Notes: generated from the letters alone by a model not told the origin. DNA of 63,398 bases, filler included, from Reticulomyxa filosa (GCA_000512085.1; 28 parts of 28 records of this genome joined end to end with filler, not necessarily neighbours in it), one strand, 5' to 3'; positions 24,745 through 36,897 are shown, numbered from the whole stretch's first letter. Program-made: numbers and translations.

Positions 24745-25233
24745 TTCAGTTTTAATATCAATTTCAAAATTGAACTGAAAATCGTCCCCCTTGCAAACGC
24801 AACCAGAAAAAAAATAAAAACAGTAAAAAAAAATGAAATGTAAAGGTAGTTCCACTTGCACTAAAATTGATCACTGTTTTCATTGTTTTAAACGACTGGT
24901 GATCTAACAAATGAAAGCTGTGTAATTCTTGTCCACGTTTGTTGGTGTATAGCCCAATGATTGGATATTTTAATGTAAACTCTCAAAGTTTGACCCAAAA
25001 AAAAAGAAAATCCATAAAATTAACCTGGAAAATTGGATAAAATGAATATGAGATAAACTTAACACCAACCTCAGTATAAAAAGAAAAGACATGTTGCTGG
25101 TTTGCCAATAACAATAGAAAAAAACGAAAAAGAAACTACAGTAAAAGCTATGTCATAAACACTACTCGAAATTGTGTACATGCGTCATATTCGATCGAGT
25201 TTTTTTTTTTTTTTTTTAAAAAAAAAAAGAAAA

Positions 25234-26928
25234 TTATGTAGGATTTTGAATTTGTGTTGTCTTCAGCCTACCCTTCCTATTTTTTTCGATTTGCCATCTT
25301 TCTTTGTCTCTCGAGTCGTAGGGCAAGCCATTGCTTAGAGTGACAATTTTTGCGAATTCAACGGCATTGCAGTTTTTGTTATGAAAAGATTTTTCAAGAA
25401 AAAGACAAAACAAGTTGATATAATGATTACAGCAACGATGTTCAACAAATTCGTTGATCATGAGTTTGTATTTTTTGACATTGCTTTCCTGTTCTTTCCA
25501 CTCTTTGAAGTCGGACATGAGTTCCATGACCTCATCGACATCACCATTGCATTGATAATTAAGCCCAATGAAGATGATGTTTAAATCAATGGAGTGATTC
25601 CACATGGCACTGATTTGCATGGTTTGTTGAATGAACTGATCATATTTGGTCCACGTCAATAATATCATTTGTGTATTGTGGTCTTCACTTTCAACTTTGG
25701 CATTCCACGCCTTGCTCTCGACATGTTTTTGTTTGGCCTGAGCACCAAAGTTTTCAACAAACGATCTGGAGAATAGAATCTCGCGTTCGTGTTTGAAAGG
25801 CGTGATCCAAGTGACATCACAACTTTGAATATTAGTTGCTCGTCGCATCGAAGGATGGAAATGCAAAATGCATCCCTGATCGGTCCTATAAATCTGTGCC
25901 ACTTGCAAATCGTCAGAGGTGCTAACATGACTTATGAAATTCCCTGCTTTGATTTCCTTTTCCAAACTTTCAAGTCGAACTCCTTTCAACCCACAATACA
26001 ATTCCATGCTGGTCTCCTCCCTCCGCTCGTGCATGCACAAGATGCTGATGGCACTGCGCAGACACCAATCCAGCCAAGCCCATTTGTTGTATTTGAATTG
26101 GATCTGATCATAGCTGAATTCCACATTGCATTCCTTGCCACAATATAGCATGATTGCACAAATGTGATGTAATTGCAATGGATACCCTATGTGTTTGTGA
26201 ATGTCAGAATGATACAATTCTTTCACTTCGTGCAAGATAGTTAGCACATTATCATCCAAGATAAGTTGTTCAGGATTTTTTTTATTAAAATGAAGTCGAC
26301 ATTTTATTTTTTTTTCTTCTTCTTCTTCTTTTTTAATTTCATTTTCAATTCCATTTTCCTCTGCATTTTTATGCTGTGAAATCAAATCACGCAAATAACC
26401 ATTTTTAATCACTTCATGCATTAACACTTTCAAATGATCTAATACTCGTGCCGTGTCCGGCGCAAATGACTCATTCATTTGCTTGAGTCTGTAAAAATCA
26501 GACTCATACAACAACGGATTGAACTTGCGTCTTTCGTCAGATGGCATACACGTAATCTGTTTGGGATTGAACTTGGGCGTGTTGGAACGCTCGCAATCAA
26601 TGGTGCGCTTGTACGGCACCACGCAGCAGTAATCCAATGTCCACGTCACTTGCACGTGCGGGAAGTCCTTCAGCTGCTTGTATATATCCGCCAACAGCAC
26701 GTCCTGTCGACTGGTCATGTCGGCCGTCGACAGCGGAGGAAGACACTTTTCAAAGTTGCATTCAAAGTGAATCAACTCGTCGGCGCCATAATATATGTGA
26801 TTCAAACACTGCGACTTGCTCCTCAGCTCTTCCAAGCTATGTCGCAGTGTCATTGTGAATGGGTTTAATGGGTCGCTGTGTTTTCTCCCAAATTTGTCTT
26901 TCCAAATTATTTGAAATGAATTGAAACT
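25234..26928 (-). CDS. Mono-ADP-ribosyltransferase-like protein (R-S-E/ARTC clade fold), 5' truncated
   Basis: 539-aa ORF (frame open to an acceptor at ~26929). Motifs: AIMLYCG helix (AIxxYT-like), strand-1 LYCG (25990-25998, canonical YRG), HVSTSDDLQVA (STS, 25915-25923), and CDVTWITPFKHEREILF (ExE, 25780-25788). Confidence 0.75.
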   Translation of the reverse strand, partial: SFNSFQIIWKDKFGRKHSDPLNPFTMTLRHSLEELRSKSQCLNHIYYGADELIHFECNFEKCLPPLSTADMTSRQDVLLADIYKQLKDFPHVQVTWTLDYCCVVPYKRTIDCERSNTPKFNPKQITCMPSDERRKFNPLLYESDFYRLKQMNESFAPDTARVLDHLKVLMHEVIKNGYLRDLISQHKNAEENGIENEIKKEEEEEKKIKCRLHFNKKNPEQLILDDNVLTILHEVKELYHSDIHKHIGYPLQLHHICAIMLYCGKECNVEFSYDQIQFKYNKWAWLDWCLRSAISILCMHERREETSMELYCGLKGVRLESLEKEIKAGNFISHVSTSDDLQVAQIYRTDQGCILHFHPSMRRATNIQSCDVTWITPFKHEREILFSRSFVENFGAQAKQKHVESKAWNAKVESEDHNTQMILLTWTKYDQFIQQTMQISAMWNHSIDLNIIFIGLNYQCNGDVDEVMELMSDFKEWKEQESNVKKYKLMINEFVEHRCCNHYINLFCLFLEKSFHNKNCNAVEFAKIVTLSNGLPYDSRDKERWQIEKNRKGRLKTTQIQNPT

Positions 26929-27102
26929 CTAAAAAAAAAAAGAGAGAATCAATTTTGTGTTTATTCATTTATTTTGGAAATATTGCCTCCAATANNNNNN
27001 NNNNNNNNNNNNNNNNNNNNNNNNNNNNNNNNNNNNNNTTAATTAATTAANNNNNNNNNNNNNNNNNNNNNNNNNNNNNNNNNNNNNNNNNNNNTATGTT
27101 AG

Positions 27103-28235
27103 GACAAATCCTGACGTAATAAATCGTCTGTGGATTGCAATGGCTGACGTTCCGGTATTGAAACATCGCATGTGTCAAGTGTTGTCATTTGTATATCATA
27201 AATTACGGTCGACTGGACAGAGGAGTGGTTTTATAGAATGCTCGCTGCAACTTTTGCCCACGTTGCAAATGGCATGTGACGTGTGTCGAACGCACAATTT
27301 GCTCGACATATTGATGACTAGAGTGATGCACGTGCTGTGCAACACCACGTCATATTTTGTGAATGAAAAGGCGAGCAACCACAATGCATTTGAGTTTGTG
27401 CGTGGCGACAAGCAGTCTGCCGAGCGCACTTCGAAGGCAAAGTTTGAAGAGATTTTTTCGGACGGCGATGGCGATGGCGACGGCAACGGCAACGGCAATG
27501 GCAACGGCAACGGCGATCTTAGTGCGGAGATGAATGACTTCCATTATTTCTTCACCAATCCGTATGTGATCATGTTCATGTTTTCACAGCGTCCATATCT
27601 TGTAGACAAGTGGTGTCAACTCTTGTGCTTATGTCAAAATGTCCAACACGTCCATCGTGAGATCGGATTCTACGACGTGCGTCACAAGCAATCTTGGACG
27701 TCTACAATGAAAGCCATGTTCACATTGTCCAAGTTCAGTGGTCTTCTCATCATGCATGTATACCATTTGTTGCAGTCGTCTTCGCACGTTTCGGCCGAGT
27801 CCAGACAGCACGTGAGACAGACATTGGTCGATATTATCCGACGAGCATTGCCCATGGTGGAATGGAAGCAATGGAAGTCCTTATGTTTAGAGTCAGTTGT
27901 GCATTCGAATGTATCGTCACCGCCGCCAATCCAAGCAAGTCCCGGTCCGTCTTCTCTTCTGAACGACACGTACGGATACGATATCTACGTGGAGGAGTTG
28001 AACGATACCAATGTGCAAAAGCCGTCACTTGACGTCGTCCACACGCAGAAGCAGCAATCGCAAGTGGAGGAAAAAAGGAGGTCGTCACTGTCGTGAGAAC
28101 CTCGCACAATCCGCCGACGATTGTGCTCGATACCTTTCAAGACGACGATACCGTGGACATGCCACTCTTTCGAGTCGACAGAGATCACTTATCCATCTTT
28201 TTGCCTTTGTCGCGATTTATTGTCGATTTGACAGC
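27103..28235 (+). CDS. UBR1: UBR1/UBR2/PRT6-like N-recognin E3 ubiquitin ligase, internal fragment; one frameshift in an A-run near 28070
   Basis: CSLQLLPTLQMA...NLLDILM (SVQxFTVP...NLL-like) and WCQLLCLCQNVQHVHREIG...W (LxxMQGMxxxxRxxG...W-like). After the frameshift, FRVDRDHLSIFLPLSRF resembles UBR1 YRVSEDLVSIHLPLSR. Confidence 0.7.
27461..27517 (+). repeat. Coding hexanucleotide repeat (GAC/GAT/AAC/AAT-GGC)n encoding DGDGDGDGNGNGNGNGNGD
   Basis: Direct reading of the sequence. Confidence 0.9.
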
Positions 28236-28314
28236 TGTTTATTGCCAAACGTTTTGTTTATCTGTTTTTTGAAAATTGAAAAAAAATGAAAAGAAATTTA
28301 TTTTTTTTTATTTA

Positions 28315-28354
<40 letters not shown>

Positions 28355-28499
28355 NNNNNNNNNNNNNNNNNNNNNNNNNNNNNNNNNNNNNNNNNNNNTT
28401 AATTAATTAANNNNNNNNNNNNNNNNNNNNNNNNNNNNNNNNNNNNNNNNNNNNTATATACTTATAGGTTGAACATAAACAAAAAGAAAATATTTTACA

Positions 28500-30158
28500 T
28501 TCTATGGTGCCCAGTTTTGCAATACATCGCTCGCATTGCACAGACACAACAACAAGTAGTGGATTCATCCAATTCACTCGATCATTTGTGCAATTTGTTC
28601 CGTCCCAAGTCCCACACGTATACTATAAGCAAGTTAAAACTAAAAGATAATGTATATATCGAAGAAGCAATAAAATAAAAAAAAGATAACTTACCAACAT
28701 TATATGGACGACGTTTTGATTTGATGACAATGGAATTATTTGGTATTTGTGATGGTCCATTCAAAATATTGTTGCAAGTGAATGATCTTCAATATGTATT
28801 TGCGAGCGTTTGTACTGGAGCTGGTGCAAAGTGTGGATGCAAGATAGTCTGTTGGTGGCAATCACCATGTGGATGTTGAAGGCATAAGTGCCATTGGATG
28901 CCATATATTGGAGAAAGAAGCGCCTCTTTGCACAAATAGAGAATAGACATCACGGCCGACTTGCAATAAAATTGCTAGTCGGTTGCGTTATGTCCATGTC
29001 TCTAATTTGCGCCAGCAGCGCTTCTATCGCCTTAAGGGCATAGAATGAGCAATTGGACATTAGAGACGGACTTTCCGTCACAACTTGTGCCAGCAGTTGC
29101 AGCTGGTCGAACAATGTGTTGAAATCTCCATCGCCGTTTGTCCATATTTCACTTAGTACAACACCATACCATTGCATATATCTTGGCGATCTGTGTTATC
29201 GTATGATATACATAATTTTTTATTTGTTTAAAAAAAAAAAGACAAAAAAAACAACTTAACATTGTAGACTTGGCCAACACTTGCGACATATCCGGCGAAG
29301 CTTTGTACGTCAATGATAAGCATTTGGACTGCGATACGTTGTGATAGTTGGTCTCTGAGTCCACTCCAGTGTGGCACCAGGAATAATTGGCAGCGAACAA
29401 TGTTTCAAATCTCACACTCGTTCCTAGTTGACACTGTTTGCATATTTCATTCGATAGTGGTGTCATCACTTCTACTTCCCAATTCACAAACGTACTATTT
29501 TTTTATTTTTTTTGAAAATTTTTTTTATCCAATAAATCATATGCAATCACTTTTCACACTTGCTCTCTATCTTGCCATAAGTAAATATACACTTTTTTTA
29601 ATGAACATATTTTTTTTTTAATGAACATTTTTTTTTTCCATTTGATCTTTATATCACTGTTATTTACCTGTATGAGAGTGTTTTGAATGTCAATTTGTAA
29701 AAATTCACTGATATAATCGAAGTTGATGGGAACGTACTCACTGATGGTGTTTTGTTATATGGATTCATAGATTTCTTTGGATTGATCGGCAATGTGTTTT
29801 GTGGAATACGTGTTCTTTCGCTATTGGATTGCATTGACTCCTTATTGAACATTTGAACCAATAATACATCTGCCAAGCTGTTGACTTGTAGATATTGTGC
29901 AAATCTACATGTTATCAATTCCACACATAGTTGGTTAACGTATTCAATGACGTTTTCAATATGTTTATATTGCCGTGATGGTTCGAGTGTGTTTGTCCGT
30001 TCGTCAAATTCACCACTGAATTGCGTGTATTCATTATTTGCGCTTGACAACACCATGAGCGCATTTAATACATGTATTGCCACAAACATCAACGACAATT
30101 TCATGCTGCGGCGAGTAACCAAGAGTCTTCCATTCATATTTTCTCCTCTGTTTGCCCC
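28500..30158 (-). CDS. Hypothetical protein fragment, multi-exon
   Basis: Co-oriented minus-strand ORFs (29664-30137, 29149-29487, 28950-29177) separated by AT-rich intron-like gaps. No domain recognised. Confidence 0.4.
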
Positions 30159-31485
30159 NNNNNNNNNNNNNNNNNNNNNNNNNNNNNNNNNNNNNNNNNN
30201 NNTTAATTAATTAANNNNNNNNNNNNNNNNNNNNNNNNNNNNNNNNNNNNNNNNNNNNTTTTGTAGGGACTGTGGCAATGACAATGACCACAACGAAGAT
30301 AATGATATAATAGTCGAACGACAATAATAACCAAAGTTTGTTTTTGTTTTTTGTTTATTGTAAGATTTAATCTAAAAAATAAAAAATAGAACTTTGACAA
30401 GATAAATTAATGAAACGAACCAATTGCAGATTGTTCCGACTTTGTATTGAACAAAGACCAGCAACGTTCTTGTTGTTGATAAACTTGTCGTATTGTAATG
30501 ACCTGTTGCATTTCTACACGAAATCGCAAGTGGACTGAAGCGTTGGAAACTTCTGCAATACTGCGGAAAAAATTGCGCGGTTTGATTAAAACTACTTCTC
30601 TGTTCTTTGTCAAGCAAAGACATAATCATTGAACCCAGAACGGTAATCAAATCTTTAGATGTTTCTCTTGGTAATAAACTTCAAAGATTACGAACGAATC
30701 ATTAAACAATAATAAACAAAAGTTGGTATCCAGAAACTCATTATTCAAATTCCACAAAGTTAGCTCATATTGTTCCATGGTCGCGAGTTGAAAACGTTAG
30801 AGCTTGAATTGTAGTTCTCAAAAGTTATTGATTATCTAAATTTATTTTTTTTTAAGCTGTTCATCTTCATCTCAAGAAACGAGTTGCTTCGACAATAGCA
30901 AACAATTTCATCTCTTTTTCGTTTTATAGATTCCAGTTTCACTGACATATTCAATGTTTTCAACTTTTCATTAATAAAATACAATATTTAGCAGATCTTT
31001 TTCCCAAATAAATCGAAAGTATGTCGCACATTTCACCAACAAAAATGTCTATACTACAACTGAACCTGAGATAATGTATTTTTTTGGTCTGTGTAAGCTT
31101 TATTAGCTTAAGTACACGACTGTAAACAATGTTTACTATTGCACTTACGTTATAACATTGATACAGTCTACTGCGTCCAAATAGTACAAAATTCCAACTG
31201 AGCAAATAATTGTGTCAAATAAACTTATTTTTTGTTAAAGAACACATGTTTGTAAACTAGATTGAGATTCGCTTGATAAAACAAGTACACCACATAAAAA
31301 CGAACCATTTGTTTCAAATCTATGGTAGTTATTTTCACATATATGAGAGCCTCAAAGAAAAACACAGCAAAAAAGAAAGTAACGTCAAAGACAACAACTC
31401 TTAACAGTGTTGTTGTTTGTGTTAGTTTAATTTTTTCACAAAAAACGTTATTCTCCCCTTCATTGGCATTGCCAATAATACTTTA

Positions 31486-32060
31486 ATGTCAAAAACGAGA
31501 GTGTGTTTGGGTTATTGTAAGGATTGCAGAGCGCAAGCCTTTTTTGTGGGTGGTGACACAATAAAATGGGAAATGGATTTACCTTCAGAATGCAGCCATG
31601 CACTTGTGACAAGAAAAACAACAGAGACGCACTTTCCAAGCGAAGAAGAAGCTAAATTTTATGCCTGCATCAACGATTTGAGTAAAAAATGCGCTACTTG
31701 TATCACCGAAATGGAGCAAGACTTAAAAAGTTTTGAGACAATGTCGCTTCCACAGTGGCTCTATTATTTGTTCGTTTCATTTGTATTTGGAGTGTCTTCT
31801 TTTTCTGCATTACGTACCACACTTGGCTAACCGATGAAAGCATGACTATCTTCGGAAAAAAAAAGGTTTGAAACTAGATTCGGAGCAGTCCAGAAAAGAC
31901 ATAGAAGATGAGTATGACAGATTGTTGCAAGCATTGGACGACCGAAGAGTAAAATTGTTGGGAGAATTGGAACTTGCCGAGAACGCACGAGAACAAGAAT
32001 TAAATAAAATGATTAAAGAGTTGTCCAACTATAAAGATAATTGTGATAATGCAATGAAGC
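31486..32060 (+). CDS. Protein with a degenerate B-box-like Cys/His segment and a B-box C-terminal (TRIM-like) coiled coil, 3' truncated
   Basis: YCKDC...CSHALV followed, after an intron, by RKDIEDEYDRLLQALDDRRVKLLGELE (I..F..L...L..R...LL..L pattern). Confidence 0.5.
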
Positions 32061-33949
32061 AAATTTCATTTATCACCAAAACGTTAAATCTCAAAAAAAA
32101 AAAAAAAAATTTGTGAACAGTTTAGTAAAGTGATTTTGGGTAATATGTNNNNNNNNNNNNNNNNNNNNNNNNNNNNNNNNNNNNNNNNNNNNTTAATTAA
32201 TTAANNNNNNNNNNNNNNNNNNNNNNNNNNNNNNNNNNNNNNNNNNNNATATATATATATATATATATATATATCACAAATTATATAGTAAATCATCTAA
32301 AATTTATCAAAATAATAATTTACTTCTATTCAAAATTACACAAGTATATACAATACATTTGTATAAATATATTATGCTACAATGATTTTATTATATTTAT
32401 TTGTTTTTCAATATTTTTTTTTAAACTTTTCTTGAAAGAAATTATGAATCAGTTTAATAATATTCACAATTAGAAGTGAAATAAATATTTTCAAAAAATA
32501 TTTGCAGAAAGTGATTAAAGTCACTATTCTAAAGGTTTGAACTCGGGTTAAACTTCCTTTACAACCTTCTTCACTTTGCCTTGTTTTGTTTTCCTCTTTT
32601 TTCGTGTTATTTCTCTTTAATTTGTTTTAATTTACTTGTTTATTGACAATCAGACTCTTTGAGCAAAAAAGCCCTTTCGTATTACATTTAGTGCCAACTC
32701 TTTTCTGGCTGATTTCTCACAAGAGAGAGTACAAACAATCGTTGTGTATGAATTAAAAATGTTAAGTATATTTGCAACATAGAATTCATTAAATTGTTTG
32801 AACAATTTTCATTAACTTGCAATGTAGATTTTATCAGTATTTTTACTATTGATATTCTATTAAATAATTAAATATCTTATGCTCTGAATGAAATCACAGA
32901 ATTATCTCCTTAATTATCTTTATAAGACACGAAATAAAATTATTAATAAAGTCAAAGAAACAAATATATACAAAGATAAAACACTAGCAATGAAAAATTA
33001 GTTTTAAATTAATTTAAAATCAAAATAAGTTTATTCGTAGACCAGATATTGCACTAGACAGTAGAACTTAATATATTATTTTTTAATGTAAATAAAATAG
33101 TAGATGATTAAGATTTTATTTATGTATTGAATTTTGTGACATTATGTCATTTTTATAATCTACTGTTCAATGTTATCTTTTAATATACATCTTGCATGCA
33201 TGACTAATACAAGTCATTATACTACCTTTACCAAAAATTAATCTTTTATTCTTAGTCACTGCAATGAAACCATTTTTTTAAAAAAAAAAAGAAAAAATTT
33301 ATTTTTCATGCATTTTGGATAATACGAAAGATTATTATTATCTTAGCAAGTCTTTTTTGCAGAAATAATAAATACTAAATTAAAGAAAAATCAATAATTA
33401 ATCAAAACAAGACCAAAAAAAAAATAGAAATTATGTAGCATCGCACTACATATGTTTGTTGCAATAATATTTAAGCGTGTAGAGACAACACTAAACATAA
33501 TACAAATAATAAAGAAATGTGCTAACATAAATGTAGTACTCATGATATATCGTAATAAGCAATTCTCGTACTCCAAACACTTTCACGACTTATCTTTATT
33601 CTTTCACTTGTTGAATCTTATTGTTTGTTTTCTCTTTGTTTTAAATTGCTCAAAAGAGCAGAAAAACTTTCGTATTACAGTTTGTGTACCTCTTTCAGCA
33701 ACAGAAAACCCACAATACTGATAAGACTAAAGTTAAAGAAGAGTGGAAGATTGTTTTATTNNNNNNNNNNNNNNNNNNNNNNNNNNNNNNNNNNNNNNNN
33801 NNNNTTAATTAATTAANNNNNNNNNNNNNNNNNNNNNNNNNNNNNNNNNNNNNNNNNNNNTTTTTTTTTTTTTTTTTTTTTATTAAAAAAAAAAAAAATT
33901 GTAAACGTATACACCTTTTTTTTTTTTTTTTTTGATCGAGGATAAGATT

Positions 33950-34961
33950 GATCTATAAAAGTGTATACGTAGTTTGAGGTACGTGTACTTATGCTTGTGA
34001 TTGGTTTTGCCATAGATGGATCGAACGAAGTAACGCGAGTACTTTCGCATTCCTCAGACATGACGTCAACGGTGAATGAAATGATGGAAAAAAGCACGCC
34101 CGTGCCAAAGGCCGACTATAATCAGTCCACGCCGTTGCCGGAATGGACATCGACGGTGAGTGAGCTTGTGGAAAGTAGTCCACCACCGATGTCAGAACAC
34201 GTGCAAAAAAAGCTGGAGGAAGTCATGGCGCATTCGATTCCTCCACAGTCACCCCTTCAACAGGATACACAAACCCTGTTCCAAACGATGGCAAAACGAA
34301 ATCAAAATATGGTTAAAAAAAAAAAAAAATTTTTTTTTTTTTAACCATATTTTTTTTTTTTTTTTTTAAGAAAAGATTGACTTTGATCGGTTTAACAATG
34401 GGAGTATTCAATCGATCTTTTTTTTTTTGTTGTTTTTTTTTTTTTTAAAAAAAAAAGTTTGCTAGCGACGGACGCCTGACAACGACAAATAAGAAATCGC
34501 GAAAGCACAGAACGAAAGCGAAGAAACACAGAGGGGAAGACTCGGACCTCGTGGAAGCATGGCAAATGTCAAAGTTTGAAGTATTGACACAAATGCAATT
34601 GGTCGGGTCTTCGAGAATGGGACTAATGAGGGCCAGGGAAAAAACCGAACAAAGGGCCAATGCCGATTTGCACACAAACAAAGACAAACATAAAAGTAAA
34701 AGCAAAAGCAAAGGCAAAGGCAAGAAAAACAAACAAAAAAAGACAGTGAAGATACAAGTCCCTCAGACGGGACAGATGTACAGTGATCATCACCAAGTGC
34801 CAAAAGCGATTGCGAACAACGATTCTTACGCAAATGAAAAAGAACATCGTCGCATTCAAAGTGATCTCCATGGCCAAGGCCTTGTTGCAAAGACTCACTC
34901 GCCAAAGATGTCTCAAAGTGCGCGTACATTCAATGTCGATGATAACAATGATGACAATCGC

Positions 34962-35031
<70 letters not shown>

Positions 35032-35045
35032 CAATAATAATAATA
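33950..35045 (+). CDS. Hypothetical low-complexity protein fragment, multi-exon
   Basis: ORFs 33991-34344 and 34551-35045 have coding-like GC and are separated by poly-A/T introns. Ends in poly-Asn. Confidence 0.45.
34962..35045. repeat. (AAT)n microsatellite at contig end
   Basis: Direct reading of the sequence. Confidence 0.95.
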
Positions 35046-35254
35046 NNNNNNNNNNNNNNNNNNNNNNNNNNNNNNNNNNNNNNNNNNNNTTAATTAATTA
35101 ANNNNNNNNNNNNNNNNNNNNNNNNNNNNNNNNNNNNNNNNNNNNTTTTTTTTTTTTTTATTAATAAAAAGAAAGTGATATGAATGTTTGTGTTTGTTGC
35201 GAATGAAATAGTGACAAAGTAGAATAGCAGGAAAAAAAAGATACGAATGTGGAT

Positions 35255-35600
35255 ATAGTTCATTATGTTGGAGTTGTGCATCGATTGGGCCATATGGTGA
35301 GTGGAGTGTTACTGTTTATAAGACATGCACAAGCGACCAAAGAGTTTGTGGAACTGTTTTCGCAAAAAAAGATTCGCAAGTATTACGTTGTCATTGTGAA
35401 GGGCATCCCAACTGGAACGAAAAGTCGCAACAATGCTCGGTTCGACATGGCGTGTTGGAGCATTATATCTCAAAATCCTTAAAGTCAAGATTTTGTCCAA
35501 AAAATTTGTTGATGACCTGTCGCGCCAGGCTAATCTGTCGTCAATTCAAAATGAAAAGCCGTCTTCGGCTGCTTCTGATATGGTTCATTCGACAACACAT
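35255..35600 (+). CDS. RluA-family pseudouridine synthase fragment with catalytic Asp replaced by Gly (possible pseudogene)
   Basis: GVVHRLGHMVSGVLLF...FSQKKIRKYYVVIVKG matches RluA VHRLDxxTSGxLL...F..RxxxKxYxAxVxG. Codon 35288-35290 is GGC rather than GAC, and the frame shifts before LEHYI. Confidence 0.7.
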
Positions 35601-36897
35601 AGTTAGAGCTTTTTTTTTTCTTTTTCTTTCGATTGTATATATACTTTTAATCTTCGTCCTTTAATGTTCTATAAATTGTTTTAGGGCAAAGAAGGTGGAG
35701 GACAAATACATATGGTATATATATTATGTTATATTGTTTGTTTAAAAATTAAACTAAAAACGAAAATGATATTTTCAGTAATTCAAACAATAGCACTTCC
35801 ACAAAGCCTGTCGGAATTCTATGTTCAATATAACTTTTAATTGCATTTTCTTGTTTAAAAAATTACCTAGTAAGAATTTTTTTGATTGTTCGAAATGAGC
35901 ATTTGTTTCATTTTGATTGTCCCACGCAATAGAAGGAATGGTGCGTTGGTGTGCTTCTTTGAAGAAAATTTTGTTGGATAAGAAAACAGCAAATCGTTCT
36001 TGTTCAGAATTGCAAAATAATAGGCCAATTTTGGCACTACCTAAAACTGGTGCGTATATATGTTGCGCCAAAATTTTCAAATTGTCCAATGGATTGTTTA
36101 AAATCGATCTTTGAAATTTCCTCTTTTGTAATTATCTTTGTCCAATCGTTTTGATTCTTTTCCCGGTCGTTTTTTTTTTCATTGGAAGCTTTTTTCTTAT
36201 TATTTTCGTTGGAACCAATCGAGTCCCTATTATGGCTTGTCTTTGCAGTTGCATCTTTACTATTTACAAATGGGGACTGTTCAGCACCATATTTCGAGCA
36301 ACTTTCAGAAAAAGGCGTTGTCTCTGTAACAGTTGAAGGTCCACAACTACTATTTCGTCTTTGATGAGCATCATAATAATCTTTTTAGGCACTCTTTGCA
36401 TTGTTGTCGTTGTAATTGAATCCATTAACATAATCCGGTGTTGATTTTTGTCTCATGGATGAATTGTTCAATTCTGTTTCTTCATTAGAAGGTGGTGTTT
36501 TGTCATTTGTCCAAGTCTATATGTTATTTGTATCAAAAAAAAAAATAATTAAAAAAAAAGGACAAATCAAATCAAACAAAAAAAGGTGATAGAAAGCATA
36601 ACCTTGATCGAAGTGATGCTGGACGCTCTGTTGAAAGATGTGTTTAAAGGCGAGTTTGTTTCATGCTTTGTGTTATCATCAGAAGTAGGAGTTTGTGGGC
36701 TTGTGTTTTGTGGGATGAAATAGTAGAAGGTGAAATACAGTAGGTTGCAAAAAAAACTGAACACCGAAAATGCAACCTTATGATGATGATAGATTTTNNN
36801 NNNNNNNNNNNNNNNNNNNNNNNNNNNNNNNNNNNNNNNNNTTAATTAATTAANNNNNNNNNNNNNNNNNNNNNNNNNNNNNNNNNNNNNNNNNNNN

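Noticed and set aside
28500-30158. Possible polycystin/GAIN-GPS receptor fragment
   Set aside because: No convincing GPS (C-x-x-W...W...GC...C-x-C-x-H-L-T) motif found; left as hypothetical.
35775-36797. Minus-strand coding-like S/T/N-rich segment
   Set aside because: Broken by several frameshifts and has no recognisable domain, so a gene cannot be supported.
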